A DNA stretch of 64,000 nt from Candidatus Bathyarchaeia archaeon (GTDB lineage Archaea > Thermoproteota > Bathyarchaeia > Bathyarchaeales > Bathycorpusculaceae), in NCBI GenBank assembly GCA_049516875.1, contig JBEKSS010000014.1, forward strand, positions 1 to 64,000, in the 5' to 3' direction. Every line of letters begins with the position of its first letter. Position 1 is the first letter of the stretch. Both the position numbers and the translations under genes were made by a program. The notes beneath the pieces were generated by a model. The model worked only from the letters and a program-made list of their open reading frames with translations. It ran no database searches and was not told the DNA's origin. Positions 43,123 to 53,100 of this stretch are shown here, piece by piece.

Positions 43123-45261
43123 GTGCGGGTGCCGACGTTGGTGATTGTCGAGTTCAAGTACGATCTGGGCAAGGTTGAAAGGGGCTACAACAACAGGACC
43201 TTGTACATAGATCTCTCAAACATGCGCCTTGCAAGTAAACCGGTGAGCAAAGAAATGAGGGACACGTTCACTGGTGGCCGCGGCTTCAACCTCTGGCTGT
43301 TGTGGAACGCTCTGCCCAAGGATCGCGTTGTCAAGTGGGATGACCCTGAGAACGAGGTGTGCATCGCCTGCGGCCCGCTGGGCGGAACTCCAGTCTATCC
43401 GGGCAGCGGAAAGAGCGTTGCAGTCGCAATCTCCCCGCTGACCGACAGCGTGATTGACTCGAACGTCGGCGGCTATTTTGGTCCATACTTGAAATTCGCC
43501 GGTTGGGACGCGCTTGAGATTCAGGGAAAGGCCAAATCTGAAGTGGTCATCTTTATAGATGGCGATGAGGGCAGGGTTCGGGTTGAAGATGCGTCTTCGC
43601 TGCCTTCGGAAACTTATCCTATCACGGAGCTCTTGGTCAAGAAATATGCTCCTGAGAACGGTCAGAGCGTCTCTGTGGTGTCATCGGGGCCGGGGGCTGA
43701 GCACACTTTTTTTGGGTGTCTGAACGTTTCGTGGTACGATGCTGGAAGGAAGATTCACCGGTTCAAGCAGGCTGGAAGAGGCGGGATTGGCACGGTGTTG
43801 CGTGATAAGAGGGTGAAGGCTGTGGTGGTGAAGTATTCGGGCAGGGTTTCCGTGGAGACTAACGGTCCTGCTGACGCGGAGATGGTGAAGCGGGCGGGGT
43901 CGGCTCACAGCATGGAGATACGGAGGCTCGATGGGATGCAGAATGAGATGGCGGTTGTGGGCACGACGAACCTGGTGACCACCATGAACGAGTTTGACCT
44001 GTTGCCCGTGGACAACTTCAGGTTCGGAAGCTCTCGAAGAGCGGGAGAGTTGGGCAAGGAGGTTTACAGGAAGAAGTTCAGCAAGGGGTTTGACGGTTGC
44101 TGGATGGGTTGTGCGATGGCGTGCGCTCACGGCGTCAAGGACTTCGAACCGAGGACGGGGCCGTTTAGGGGGCGGAGAGTTTTCGTGAGCGGTCCGGAGT
44201 ACGAGACCATCGCGGGGGTGGGCAGCAGTTGCGGAATCTTTGACGCGGACTACGTTGTTGAAATGAACTTCTACTGTGATTTGTACGGGTTGGACACGAT
44301 TTCGGTGGGAACGGCCACGGCGTTTGCGATGGAGTGCTACGAGATGGGATTAATCGACAGGGGAGTGACGGGCGGCTTGGAGCTGAGGTTTGGGAACAAG
44401 GAGGCAGCGTTGGAGCTTGTGCATCAGATGGCAAGGGGTGAAGGGTTCGGCATGGTGGTGGGTCGGGGTATAAGGCGGATGAAACGGGTTTTCGCGGAGA
44501 AGTATGGTGCTGACCCGAACGTGTTGCGGGACATTGGGATGGAGGCTAAGGGGTTGGAGTTTTCTGAGTATGTTACGAAGGAGTCGTTGGCGCAGCAGGG
44601 CGGTTATGGGCTTGCTTTGAAGGGGCCTCAGCACGATGAGGCATGGTTGATATTCTTGGACATGGTGCACAATCTGATGCCGACGTTTGAGCAGAAGGCT
44701 GAGAACCTGCACTGGTTTCCGATGTTTCGCACGTGGTTTGGGCTTAACGGTTTGTGCAAGCTTCCGTGGAACGATGTGGTTCCGGAGGACAACAAGAACA
44801 CGAAGGAGCCGGCTAAGGTGATGGCTCACGTGGAAAACTATGCGCGGTTCTTTTCAGCCGTCACGGGCGAGAAGGTCACGGTGGAAGACATGATTCTGAT
44901 GAGTGAAAGGGTGTACAATTTCCAGCGAATCTTCAACCTGAGGATGGGTTTCGGTACGCGGGAGTACGATGCGCTGCCTTACCGTGCTGTTGGGCCTGTT
45001 ACACGGGAGGAGTATGAAAGCCGCGCGGAACGCTACGACAAACAGCTCAGGGAAAAAGTCGGCTACGACCCAGAGGGCAAGTCTACGGAAGAGAAGATGG
45101 CGGCGTTGCGGAAGTACCGTGAGGCAGAGTACGAGAAGCTGAAGGATGCGGTGTACGCGAGACGAGGATGGAACAAAAACGGAGTGCCCACCCTGGAGAA
45201 AGTGAAGGCGTTGGGGATAGATTTTCCAGACGTGGTGGAGCTTCTGAGGAAACACGAGTGA
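43123..45261 (+). CDS. Tungsten aldehyde:ferredoxin oxidoreductase family protein
   Basis: DSNVGG, QAGRGG.G, C..C...C, GPEYET, CD.YGLDTIS. Confidence 0.92.
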   Translation: MRVPTLVIVEFKYDLGKVERGYNNRTLYIDLSNMRLASKPVSKEMRDTFTGGRGFNLWLLWNALPKDRVVKWDDPENEVCIACGPLGGTPVYPGSGKSVAVAISPLTDSVIDSNVGGYFGPYLKFAGWDALEIQGKAKSEVVIFIDGDEGRVRVEDASSLPSETYPITELLVKKYAPENGQSVSVVSSGPGAEHTFFGCLNVSWYDAGRKIHRFKQAGRGGIGTVLRDKRVKAVVVKYSGRVSVETNGPADAEMVKRAGSAHSMEIRRLDGMQNEMAVVGTTNLVTTMNEFDLLPVDNFRFGSSRRAGELGKEVYRKKFSKGFDGCWMGCAMACAHGVKDFEPRTGPFRGRRVFVSGPEYETIAGVGSSCGIFDADYVVEMNFYCDLYGLDTISVGTATAFAMECYEMGLIDRGVTGGLELRFGNKEAALELVHQMARGEGFGMVVGRGIRRMKRVFAEKYGADPNVLRDIGMEAKGLEFSEYVTKESLAQQGGYGLALKGPQHDEAWLIFLDMVHNLMPTFEQKAENLHWFPMFRTWFGLNGLCKLPWNDVVPEDNKNTKEPAKVMAHVENYARFFSAVTGEKVTVEDMILMSERVYNFQRIFNLRMGFGTREYDALPYRAVGPVTREEYESRAERYDKQLREKVGYDPEGKSTEEKMAALRKYREAEYEKLKDAVYARRGWNKNGVPTLEKVKALGIDFPDVVELLRKHE

Positions 45262-45312
45262 ACAAGGAACCTGCAGACTAGCGCGTATTGACTAAGAAAA
45301 GTCAGTGGCTCA

Positions 45313-45520
45313 ATGTTGGTTGTCGAGGCCTTGTGTTTGAGTGCTCAATCCGTGATTTCTTTGAGTGTCAAAACATTGTTGAAGCATGTTGGTTTGAAGC
45401 TTTTTTTGCTCAATTCCGCGAGGCTTTTGAGTGTCAAAAGGGGAATTTTGATGGGTGTTCGTGCGGGTTGCATGTTGGGTTTCGAGCTTCTTCTTTTGAG
45501 TACTCAACCTGTGATTTATT
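45313..45520 (-). repeat. One full and two degenerate copies of the ~61-bp repeat
   Basis: Reverse complement at 45313-45373, about 45386-45439 and about 45472-45520. Confidence 0.85.
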
Positions 45521-46017
45521 CACAAAAAGAGTCAATTTCTAAACTCGATTTAAAGCAAGCGCGCGCCAGAAACTTCGAGATTGTAGAATCAGCACCTCTT
45601 TTGGGACGAGGTAGATCCATTGAGTTTGATGTTCCTCTTGAACATCTGTTCTTTGTTGAAACTATCAATCGCCTCGTAAGCCATCTTCAGAGTAATAATG
45701 TCCCGTTCCGTCGGAACGTATCAGTAATTTCCATTAGGATGAACCCAGAAATTAGCGCCTTGAGTATGCCATTGAACTAGCAAGAGGCGCCGTCCATCAG
45801 GAGACAATCTTACCTCAAGCATTGTTGTTTCTTTTGATCGCCCACCTGGCAAATCCATAGCGGTCGATCAACTATAATCTCGCACCGGCTGTGAGTGGAG
45901 ACGTCTCCCGCACAACCCCTCTTTTTCTATGTCAAATCTGGTGCGCCTTGACGTTTGTGAAGAATGCCTCTGCCCTCGGGTTAGAATAGACAAGTGACAA
46001 ATGAACGAAAAAGGGGG

Positions 46018-47685
46018 TTATTCGTGTTGGTTGAAGTAGGCGACGGCTATTGCTATGTCCTTCATGTTGACGACGCCGTCGTCGTTGACGTCTGCGTTGG
46101 GCATCCAATTCGGCGAACTCGGCCTAGTGTTGAACAAGCTGACCAGGTAGGCGACGTCTTTCATGTTGACGGTTCCGTCGTACACTCCTGGAGTCGTGCC
46201 GGAAACGTCGCCTGGAACGCTCACGTGGATTGTGATGTCGCACGTGCATTTGTTGTTTTCAATGTTCACTTCGCCCGGAACAGGCCAAGCGCAAGCGTTC
46301 AGAGTGTAGTTGCCGAATGCAAAGCCCGTCGTGTCCCACGTGAGGGTGATGATCGTAGAGTTTCGGCTTGTGAGGGTTATCTGTGTTTCATTGATTGCGG
46401 CTGCGTTGGCGTAGACCGTGACGTTGAATGTTTCTTCGTAGACTCCGTTTTGTAAGGTTGCGTTTATGCTGACACCGTACCGCTGCCCCACAACTGTCTT
46501 GGCCAGTGTGATATTGCTTATTGCTACGTCGGCAATGGTCAGAGGATAATTGTCTGTGCTGTTTGCGTCGATGATGTATGGAGCGTCGCCTATCCCGTCG
46601 CTGCCAGTATCGTTCTGGTAAGGACCGCTGTACGAGTCTTGACCTGCGTAGTCGCTCCAGTAGTTTCCGCCAGCGGGGTAGCCGTCATCCCAGACATTGG
46701 TGAACCCACCGATGACTTGAACTGTGTTCCCCACGAAGTTGTCGTGATAGAAAATGTTGTTGCCAGAGTGTGAATAGACGGCCAAATTGTTGTCTGTGAC
46801 GTTGTTCCCGACTATGCTGTTGTTGTTACAATTAAAACCGAAGTAGAATCCGTACTGGATGCATTCCGCTATGTTGTTCCCGACTATGCTGTTGTTATTA
46901 CAACCTTCGCACCAGAACCCCCAGAAGTCGTGTATCATGTTGTTTCCGACTATGTTGTTGAAATCCGAACCGAGAAAAATGCCAGCCATGTTGTAACTGA
47001 TGTTGTTCCCGACTACACTGGTGTTGGAACACCCGAGCGCGACACCGTCCTGATTGCCTCCTATGTTGTTCCCGACTACGCTGTCATTGTAGCCGTGACC
47101 CCCAACTACGATGCCATCCATCATGTCAGCTGTGACGTTGTTTCCCACTACTATGCTGTTGCAGGAACTGTCAAGGATGATGCCATCCCACCAGTTGTTT
47201 TCTACGTTGTTTTCTTCAACAGTGCAGTAGTTTGCGCCGTTCAGTGTGATTCCTGCGTGCGGTTCAAGTATGTACCCGCTGCCGTTTCGTATTGTGAAGC
47301 CTTTCACATCAACATAATCCGCTTCAACATTAACAACGTCTGCGGACCAATTTCCTCCTCCGTCGATGGTTGTGTTCTGTGGGTTTTCTCCGACGAGCGA
47401 CAGCGTTTTGTTCACCTTGACGTTCTCGTAGTACGTTCCTGCCCTCACGTACACCGTGTCTCCTGGGGCCGCGGCGTCTACGGCCGCTTGTATCGTCGGG
47501 TAATCGTCGGGAACCGTTATGGTCGTGGGTGACGACCTTGCGGGCTGAATCCTAAGGGCCAGAGTTAACATGTTAAACATAAGAAGTGCCACAATTACTC
47601 CAAAAAGTAGCCTCTTCGTTTCCACTCCCCATTCCACTCTTACTGTATTATTTTCGTACTTATGAATCTTGCGTTGCAGACTCAT
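46018..47685 (-). CDS. NosD beta-helix + CARDB-like + dockerin surface protein
   Basis: VPDDYPTIQAA, NNSIVGNN repeats, GGNYWSD, ADVNDDGVVNMKDI. Confidence 0.88.
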   Translation of the reverse strand: MSLQRKIHKYENNTVRVEWGVETKRLLFGVIVALLMFNMLTLALRIQPARSSPTTITVPDDYPTIQAAVDAAAPGDTVYVRAGTYYENVKVNKTLSLVGENPQNTTIDGGGNWSADVVNVEADYVDVKGFTIRNGSGYILEPHAGITLNGANYCTVEENNVENNWWDGIILDSSCNSIVVGNNVTADMMDGIVVGGHGYNDSVVGNNIGGNQDGVALGCSNTSVVGNNISYNMAGIFLGSDFNNIVGNNMIHDFWGFWCEGCNNNSIVGNNIAECIQYGFYFGFNCNNNSIVGNNVTDNNLAVYSHSGNNIFYHDNFVGNTVQVIGGFTNVWDDGYPAGGNYWSDYAGQDSYSGPYQNDTGSDGIGDAPYIIDANSTDNYPLTIADVAISNITLAKTVVGQRYGVSINATLQNGVYEETFNVTVYANAAAINETQITLTSRNSTIITLTWDTTGFAFGNYTLNACAWPVPGEVNIENNKCTCDITIHVSVPGDVSGTTPGVYDGTVNMKDVAYLVSLFNTRPSSPNWMPNADVNDDGVVNMKDIAIAVAYFNQHE

Positions 47686-47840
47686 AGAAAAAAGTTCTAT
47701 TCAAAGAAGGCAGGTAGAAAAAAGGGAGTCGCGGGAGACGTCGCCACTGGCCATAGGCGTGCACGTTGCGCATTTTTGGGAAAGTTATGAATTCAAGTCT
47801 TTGCAACCAAAAAACCCGAGAGCGCAAGTCACATCATGGA

Positions 47841-47868
47841 AGCAGGCCGGTTGGGATTCGAACCCCAC
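47841..47868 (-). other. Degenerate tRNA 3'-end-like fragment
   Basis: GTGGGGTTCGAATCCCAACCGGCCTGCT; no 5' half visible. Confidence 0.4.
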
Positions 47869-48030
47869 TCTGAGTGGCGATATCTCCCGATGTCCCCTCA
47901 AAAAGTTGGCTTTCTGCAGCTTCTGATATACCCAGTTAAAAAAAAAGTCAGCCACTCACATAAGCATTGTTCTACATTACATATAGCAGAATGTTCTATG
48001 TGGAAAGTCAATTCTGCTGTCTGTATGCTT

Positions 48031-48222
48031 CTTAGCGCGCATGCGTGTTCCTAAAATGGTCAAAAATGGTTTTAATTCCGCTCTGCCCGTTTATCCTGTG
48101 TTCGAGGAGGACAAAATACCCAGAGAAATCAAGAACAGACACGGAGCCCAAGGCCGTCCCTAGATCATGAAGGCGAATAAAAACCATTTTAGGCCAATTT
48201 CGGAACAAACATGCGCGCTAAG
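48031..48222. mobile_element. MITE-like element 1
   Basis: Terminal IR CTTAGCGCGCATG-NN-TGTTCC; internal AAAATGGT repeats. Confidence 0.65.
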
Positions 48223-48259
48223 TTCTGCGCTATTTTTTACACACCGTTAATAAATTTTT

Positions 48260-48763
48260 TCATACGAACAGGTCCAACAAGGCGTTAAGCAAATGTTTCG
48301 TAATGAAGTTTTCATTCACCAACTCACCATCTTCAGCGTTTAGGCCGTTACAGCAAGGAATAAGCTTAAGCGTGAAGGAGTTCGGACTGGCTCTTTCAAA
48401 GTCGAACGGGTATAATCTGCAGCGAGCTGGCCTAGAATCGTAGATCGGACACTCGTAAACTCCTCTCCTTGGGCTGGATTTTAGGAAAATACACGATCCA
48501 TCGTTACTGTTTTTCAAGCTTCCAACCATCATAGGCAAGCCCCTGAACTTCGGATCCACTGTTGTCTCCAAAAAGTCTTCCAACCTGTGTCCTGCCCGCT
48601 TTGCACGCTCCATATCGCTCTTAGTGAATATTGGTCCCCCAAGCTTGCAGCAGAAGACTGCACATCGTCTACACCTGAAACGAAGATCATCATGATAAAA
48701 AGTCATCCTCACAATTCGTTTAGCCTTAGGATCAAAGATAACCTCTGCAATGTTTTCGTCCAA
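48260..48763 (-). CDS. YkgJ-family cysteine cluster protein
   Basis: CRRCAVFCC, CIFL, CPIYDSRPARCRLYPF. Confidence 0.88.
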   Translation of the reverse strand: MDENIAEVIFDPKAKRIVRMTFYHDDLRFRCRRCAVFCCKLGGPIFTKSDMERAKRAGHRLEDFLETTVDPKFRGLPMMVGSLKNSNDGSCIFLKSSPRRGVYECPIYDSRPARCRLYPFDFERASPNSFTLKLIPCCNGLNAEDGELVNENFITKHLLNALLDLFV

Positions 48764-49248
48764 GTTCTTGCCCTAGCCCAAACAGCTCACTTTTTGGGAT
48801 CATTCTTTGTCTAAAGCTCTGCTGGCTTTCTGTCTATATAACTATCGGTAGGTCATAATTGAGCACGTGCGGGGGAGCTTCACAAAACGGCCTTGCTCGC
48901 ATCGTTGAGAGTTTGGCGAAGCCAAACGACCTGCATCTCTTATTCACGATTGTTTCTGATGTTTTTTGTTCTTCAACAATAGAGGATTCTTGATTCACCA
49001 AAAGCGAGCGTTATCCTTTAATGGGCAGGTTTGCTGAGTTCACGAGCATGAATCAAGGATGCCCTGGCGGGTTCATCCGTCAGCGTAGCGCGCGGGGCTT
49101 GATTACACACGGAGATAATTCAAATCTGTCTACTCCTTGTCTCAGAGCGTTTGATGGCAGTAAGGTAATCTGTGGGGTTTCTAGGTGGTACCTATATGGA
49201 TTCGTGAAAGGAGATCATGCTAAGTGGGCGCGGAGTTAGAGCGCGCAC

Positions 49249-49404
49249 TCAAGAGCGAGCTCTGGTCTTGTATGTTATCTTCACCATAGATTGCTTGTCA
49301 GGATGACGAACAAATATAACGGAACAAGCGCTGTTTTCGCACCAGTACTTAGCCTTGTGCGTGCCCTTTTTCAATGGTTTCCCACATTCTGGACAATTGA
49401 CCAT
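49249..49404 (-). CDS. Small Zn-ribbon protein (51 aa)
   Basis: MVNCPECGKPL...YWCENSAC; GAGGG upstream. Confidence 0.55.
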   Translation of the reverse strand: MVNCPECGKPLKKGTHKAKYWCENSACSVIFVRHPDKQSMVKITYKTRARS

Positions 49405-49916
49405 CTTCAAATTCCCTCTTGGATAACTAGAGAAGATGGTGTAAAAATGTTATGAATCTCGGATAGTGACGACACCTCTGTTTCTGCTAATTGATCGATT
49501 TTGGCAAGCGGCGCGCGCTGGCATATTCATAATTCAGAACAATGCAAGGGGAATGGGGAAAACTTGCGCAACAGGGAACGACCTGCAGGGATGACTAAGC
49601 ATGGTGTCCCCGCGTCATTTTTCGTCGTCGTGACTTCACTTGATAGCTAGTTACAAAACTGTACGCTGATTTCATTGAACTCGCGCGCAGGCAACAGCTT
49701 GTGCGTAAACAAAGAAAATGAGGGGATTTGTGTGTTTGTAAGTGATTTCCAGTTCTTACTTCTTTGGGGGCTTTTTCTTCTTTCCTTTTGCGGCTTTGGG
49801 CACTATTTTGGCCTCAAATTACAATTGTCGCGTTTTTTTATTTAAATCTTTGGTTGGCGCGCGCGATAATAATTATAAAGCAATTCCGATACTGAGAAGT
49901 TACGGAGAGGAGTTGA

Positions 49917-50369
49917 ATGGAGTTTTCACTTGAACAAAGGTTTCGTATGGTTGCTTCCGCCCTAAACGCAAATGTCGGGTCAATAGCCAAAGCAGTTGAT
50001 AAGAAGTTTGGTGCTGGGGGTCGAGATGTGTTGAGACAAGTCCAGAGTGTAGAAGGTGTGGCAATGGGTGAGATGTTGAAACTTATGAGCCCAGGAGAGG
50101 ACTTCAAGTCTGTTGGAACATTTTACGTCCAATTCTTGAAGATGTTTGGTGTGAACATTGAGGTTAAGGTGAAGAAAGATGAGGTTGTAGTCGAGGTTCC
50201 GAAGTGTCCTTATGGCTTGGAAGGTACTAGCAGAGAACTCTGTGAAGCAATGATGGCTTTAGACGTAAGCGTGGTTAAGACCATGAGTCCTAATGTAACT
50301 TTGGAAATCGTTAAGAGGGTAGCTGTAGGAGACCCTCAGTGCGAATTGTCAATTACACCTAAAAAGTGA
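49917..50369 (+). CDS. Hypothetical protein, V4R/ATC-hydrolase-like
   Basis: KCPY...LC...GDPQCEL. Confidence 0.7.
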   Translation: MEFSLEQRFRMVASALNANVGSIAKAVDKKFGAGGRDVLRQVQSVEGVAMGEMLKLMSPGEDFKSVGTFYVQFLKMFGVNIEVKVKKDEVVVEVPKCPYGLEGTSRELCEAMMALDVSVVKTMSPNVTLEIVKRVAVGDPQCELSITPKK

Positions 50370-50612
50370 AGCACTTTTCAATCCGTGTTAAAAAATCTTT
50401 TGCTCCTCTAGCGCGCACTCAAGGTTGATGAAAAATCCGATGCAATATTCTGTGTAGACTATGCAAGCGCGCGCGCTCGACTCTTCCTCTGGTAACACTT
50501 TGTCTGGCAACAACGTCGCATACAACATACCCGAATCTTATTGTCTAACACGGCATAGTGAAAGATTGAGGGTCTTCCAGCCAATTCATGGCCACTTCGT
50601 CGCGGACTTTGG

Positions 50613-51146
50613 TCAATTGAAGAATTCCACGGTGATTTTCTTTTCTTTTTCTGCTGGTTCTTCATCAGGGTGCCCGCAAATGACGGCTGCTGCAATCTTG
50701 CTCTCGCTCGACATGTGAAGTTCTTGCAATAGCTCTTTGTCTTCCTCGATAAATCTGGCCATTCCTATGAAGCATGTTCCTAGACCAATCGAGGTCGCAT
50801 ACAACATGATGTTTTGAGCTGCATGTGCCGCGTCTGAATAGATCCAAACGTTTTCCTTTGGCCCAGTGACAATTATCAGAAGCGGCGCATCGTAAAACAG
50901 GTTCGACCCTTCTCTCATCTTGATGGATGGATATTTCTGTTTCACTATGGTAGTAATTCTCTCCGAGATTTTCCTAGTCAGATCTCTGTTCGTAACTACT
51001 TTGTATTTCAGTTCCTGAAGATTTCTGGCCGTCGGTGCATATTTCGCAGCTTCCAATATTGAATCAATCACATTTTTGGAAACGAGCTTGTTCTTGTACG
51101 CACAAATGCTTCTTCTCTTCTTGATCACATCAAGAATTTGATCCAT
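50613..51146 (-). CDS. Nitroreductase family protein
   Basis: RRSI, APTARNLQ, QNIMLYATSIGLGTC. Confidence 0.92.
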   Translation of the reverse strand: MDQILDVIKKRRSICAYKNKLVSKNVIDSILEAAKYAPTARNLQELKYKVVTNRDLTRKISERITTIVKQKYPSIKMREGSNLFYDAPLLIIVTGPKENVWIYSDAAHAAQNIMLYATSIGLGTCFIGMARFIEEDKELLQELHMSSESKIAAAVICGHPDEEPAEKEKKITVEFFN

Positions 51147-51473
51147 TCAGTTCACTACCTGTGTCTTTTTCCAGTCCAGTTAAAAACCTATTCCCTCACA
51201 AGGTTGAATTTTGCCGCTGGTCCTAGTGTTTTTGGAACAATCAATACGATTCCTCCAATATCCCTAGGAGCTCGGTTCTGCTGGCTTGACGCGGATTTGA
51301 GGTTATCTCGATTGCCTGCGCGCGCGCTAAGGCGATAACCTAATAGAGTTTATTCCGCACGGAACCTCGTAGAAGAAACTTTTTGTGTCGTCTTATCCCT
51401 TTGTTAGCGCGCGCGCTTCGCCTGTTTTAAATAGGGCTTTGCGCAAAGTCTTTTCCATTCACCATTTACATGC

Positions 51474-52532
51474 GTGAGAATAATGTCAGAAGAAACAGAA
51501 AATATAGCCGTTGAAAGCCCAGAAAAAGAGGAGGAAGAACCGGAATTACCGAAGAAGGAGTACCGGTTCATGGAGGATCTTCCAGGTGTGGGTCCTGCCA
51601 CAATGCAGAAACTGCGTGAGCTCGGTTTTCACACTGTCGAGTCTCTGGCTATGGCTACTGCCCGCGAGATGGAGCCTGCGGGTGTAAGCGAAAAAAAAGC
51701 ATTTCAAATAATCGTGGCGGCGCGCTCCTCGATAGGTCTTTCCTTTGTGCGGGCCGATGAGCTTTTCAAGATGCGCCAGGCCGTTTTGCGTTTGACCAGC
51801 GGAGACAGAGGATTGGACAAACTGGTGGGTGGCGGGCTGGAAACGCAGAGTATCACGGAGTTTTACGGAGAGTATGGTAGCGGCAAGAGCCAGATGTGTC
51901 ACCAGCTGTGTGTGAACGTTCAACTGCCTCCTGAACGCGGGGGTCTCGACGGCGCCGCATTGTACCTTGACACGGAGAACACCTTCAGAACTGAACGGAT
52001 TGTTCAGATGTCCAAGCACTTGGGTCTTGATCCTGCCCGGGTGGCCAAGAACATCATCTACGCTGAAGCGTACACTTCTGATCATCAAATGTTTCTCTTG
52101 GAAAACGCCGATGAAATGATCAAGGAGAACAATGTGAAGCTGATCATCGTGGATTCTCTAACGGCCCATTTCAGGAGCGAATACATTGGGCGAGAAACGC
52201 TGGCGCCTAGACAGCAGAAGCTGAACAAGCACATGCACAAGCTAATCGCTCTGGCCAGAGCCTTCAACGCCGTGGCCGTCGTCACCAACCAGGTCATGGC
52301 TAAGCCCGACATGTTTTTCGGCGATGCCGTTCAGGCCATCGGCGGTAACATCGTTGGACACACAAGCCACACGCGGATTTATCTCAGGAAGGCTCCACAT
52401 GGTCCGGCGCGAATTGCCAGGCTCGTTTCAAGTCCCTATCTGCCCGACGGGGAGGAAATATTCAAGGTAACTGAGAACGGCATAGAAGAGGTTTCTGAAG
52501 TAGAGAAAGCCGCCAGGTCTCGTAGCCGTTAG
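51474..52532 (+). CDS. radA: DNA repair and recombination protein RadA
   Basis: DLPGVG, GEYGSGKS, DTENTFR.ER, IIVDS, VTNQV. Confidence 0.96.
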   Translation: MRIMSEETENIAVESPEKEEEEPELPKKEYRFMEDLPGVGPATMQKLRELGFHTVESLAMATAREMEPAGVSEKKAFQIIVAARSSIGLSFVRADELFKMRQAVLRLTSGDRGLDKLVGGGLETQSITEFYGEYGSGKSQMCHQLCVNVQLPPERGGLDGAALYLDTENTFRTERIVQMSKHLGLDPARVAKNIIYAEAYTSDHQMFLLENADEMIKENNVKLIIVDSLTAHFRSEYIGRETLAPRQQKLNKHMHKLIALARAFNAVAVVTNQVMAKPDMFFGDAVQAIGGNIVGHTSHTRIYLRKAPHGPARIARLVSSPYLPDGEEIFKVTENGIEEVSEVEKAARSRSR

Positions 52533-53100
52533 CCACTTCCTGAACCTTAAGCCAGAAGGATTTGGGCCCTGCAAGATCATTCTTCTTTTTTCAGCTCCGC
52601 AATCTTCGATATTTTTGTCGAGTTGTTCTTCCAGTCTTTTCTTGAAGGCTTAGCTAAAAAGATGCTTTCGATTATACCTCATCTGCTTTTGACTGGTGAG
52701 TATTTGGAGACAGGTTTGAAGCCTAAGCGGCTTGGGGTGATTAGGCCCAGGGATATTTCGGTTCCCTTTGAGAAGGCGCGAAGGTCATGCCGGCAAGAAC
52801 ATGCGGTTTCTTTTTACGGATGCTGAGAACAAGCGATGGGAACGCAGGGTTAAAGTGGAGCAGTTAATCGAGAAGGGCGTGAATGCAGACGCTTCGGAAT
52901 ACATGCAACTTTTGTATGCTTCAGCGGCAAGCCTGCTTGCTTTTTCAGGCCATACAACAAGATCGATCTACGAAGCCATTAGGGGACATAAATGCAGGAG
53001 CCTAACAGATTACTGAACGGAGTGAGGATTGGCACTTGATGTTGCAAAGTTTATTTTGCGGGAAACGTGAATCACAGTACTCAAGCGTGGTCCGCAAGCT

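Noticed and set aside
40142-45520. 61-bp repeats as a CRISPR array
   Set aside because: Only 2-3 degenerate units per cluster, units too long, irregular spacers, no cas genes.
45288-45780. ORFs 45288-45542, 45310-45507 and 45313-45780
   Set aside because: They read through the non-coding repeat cluster; only the part after the GCGC tract at 45557 might be a gene fragment.
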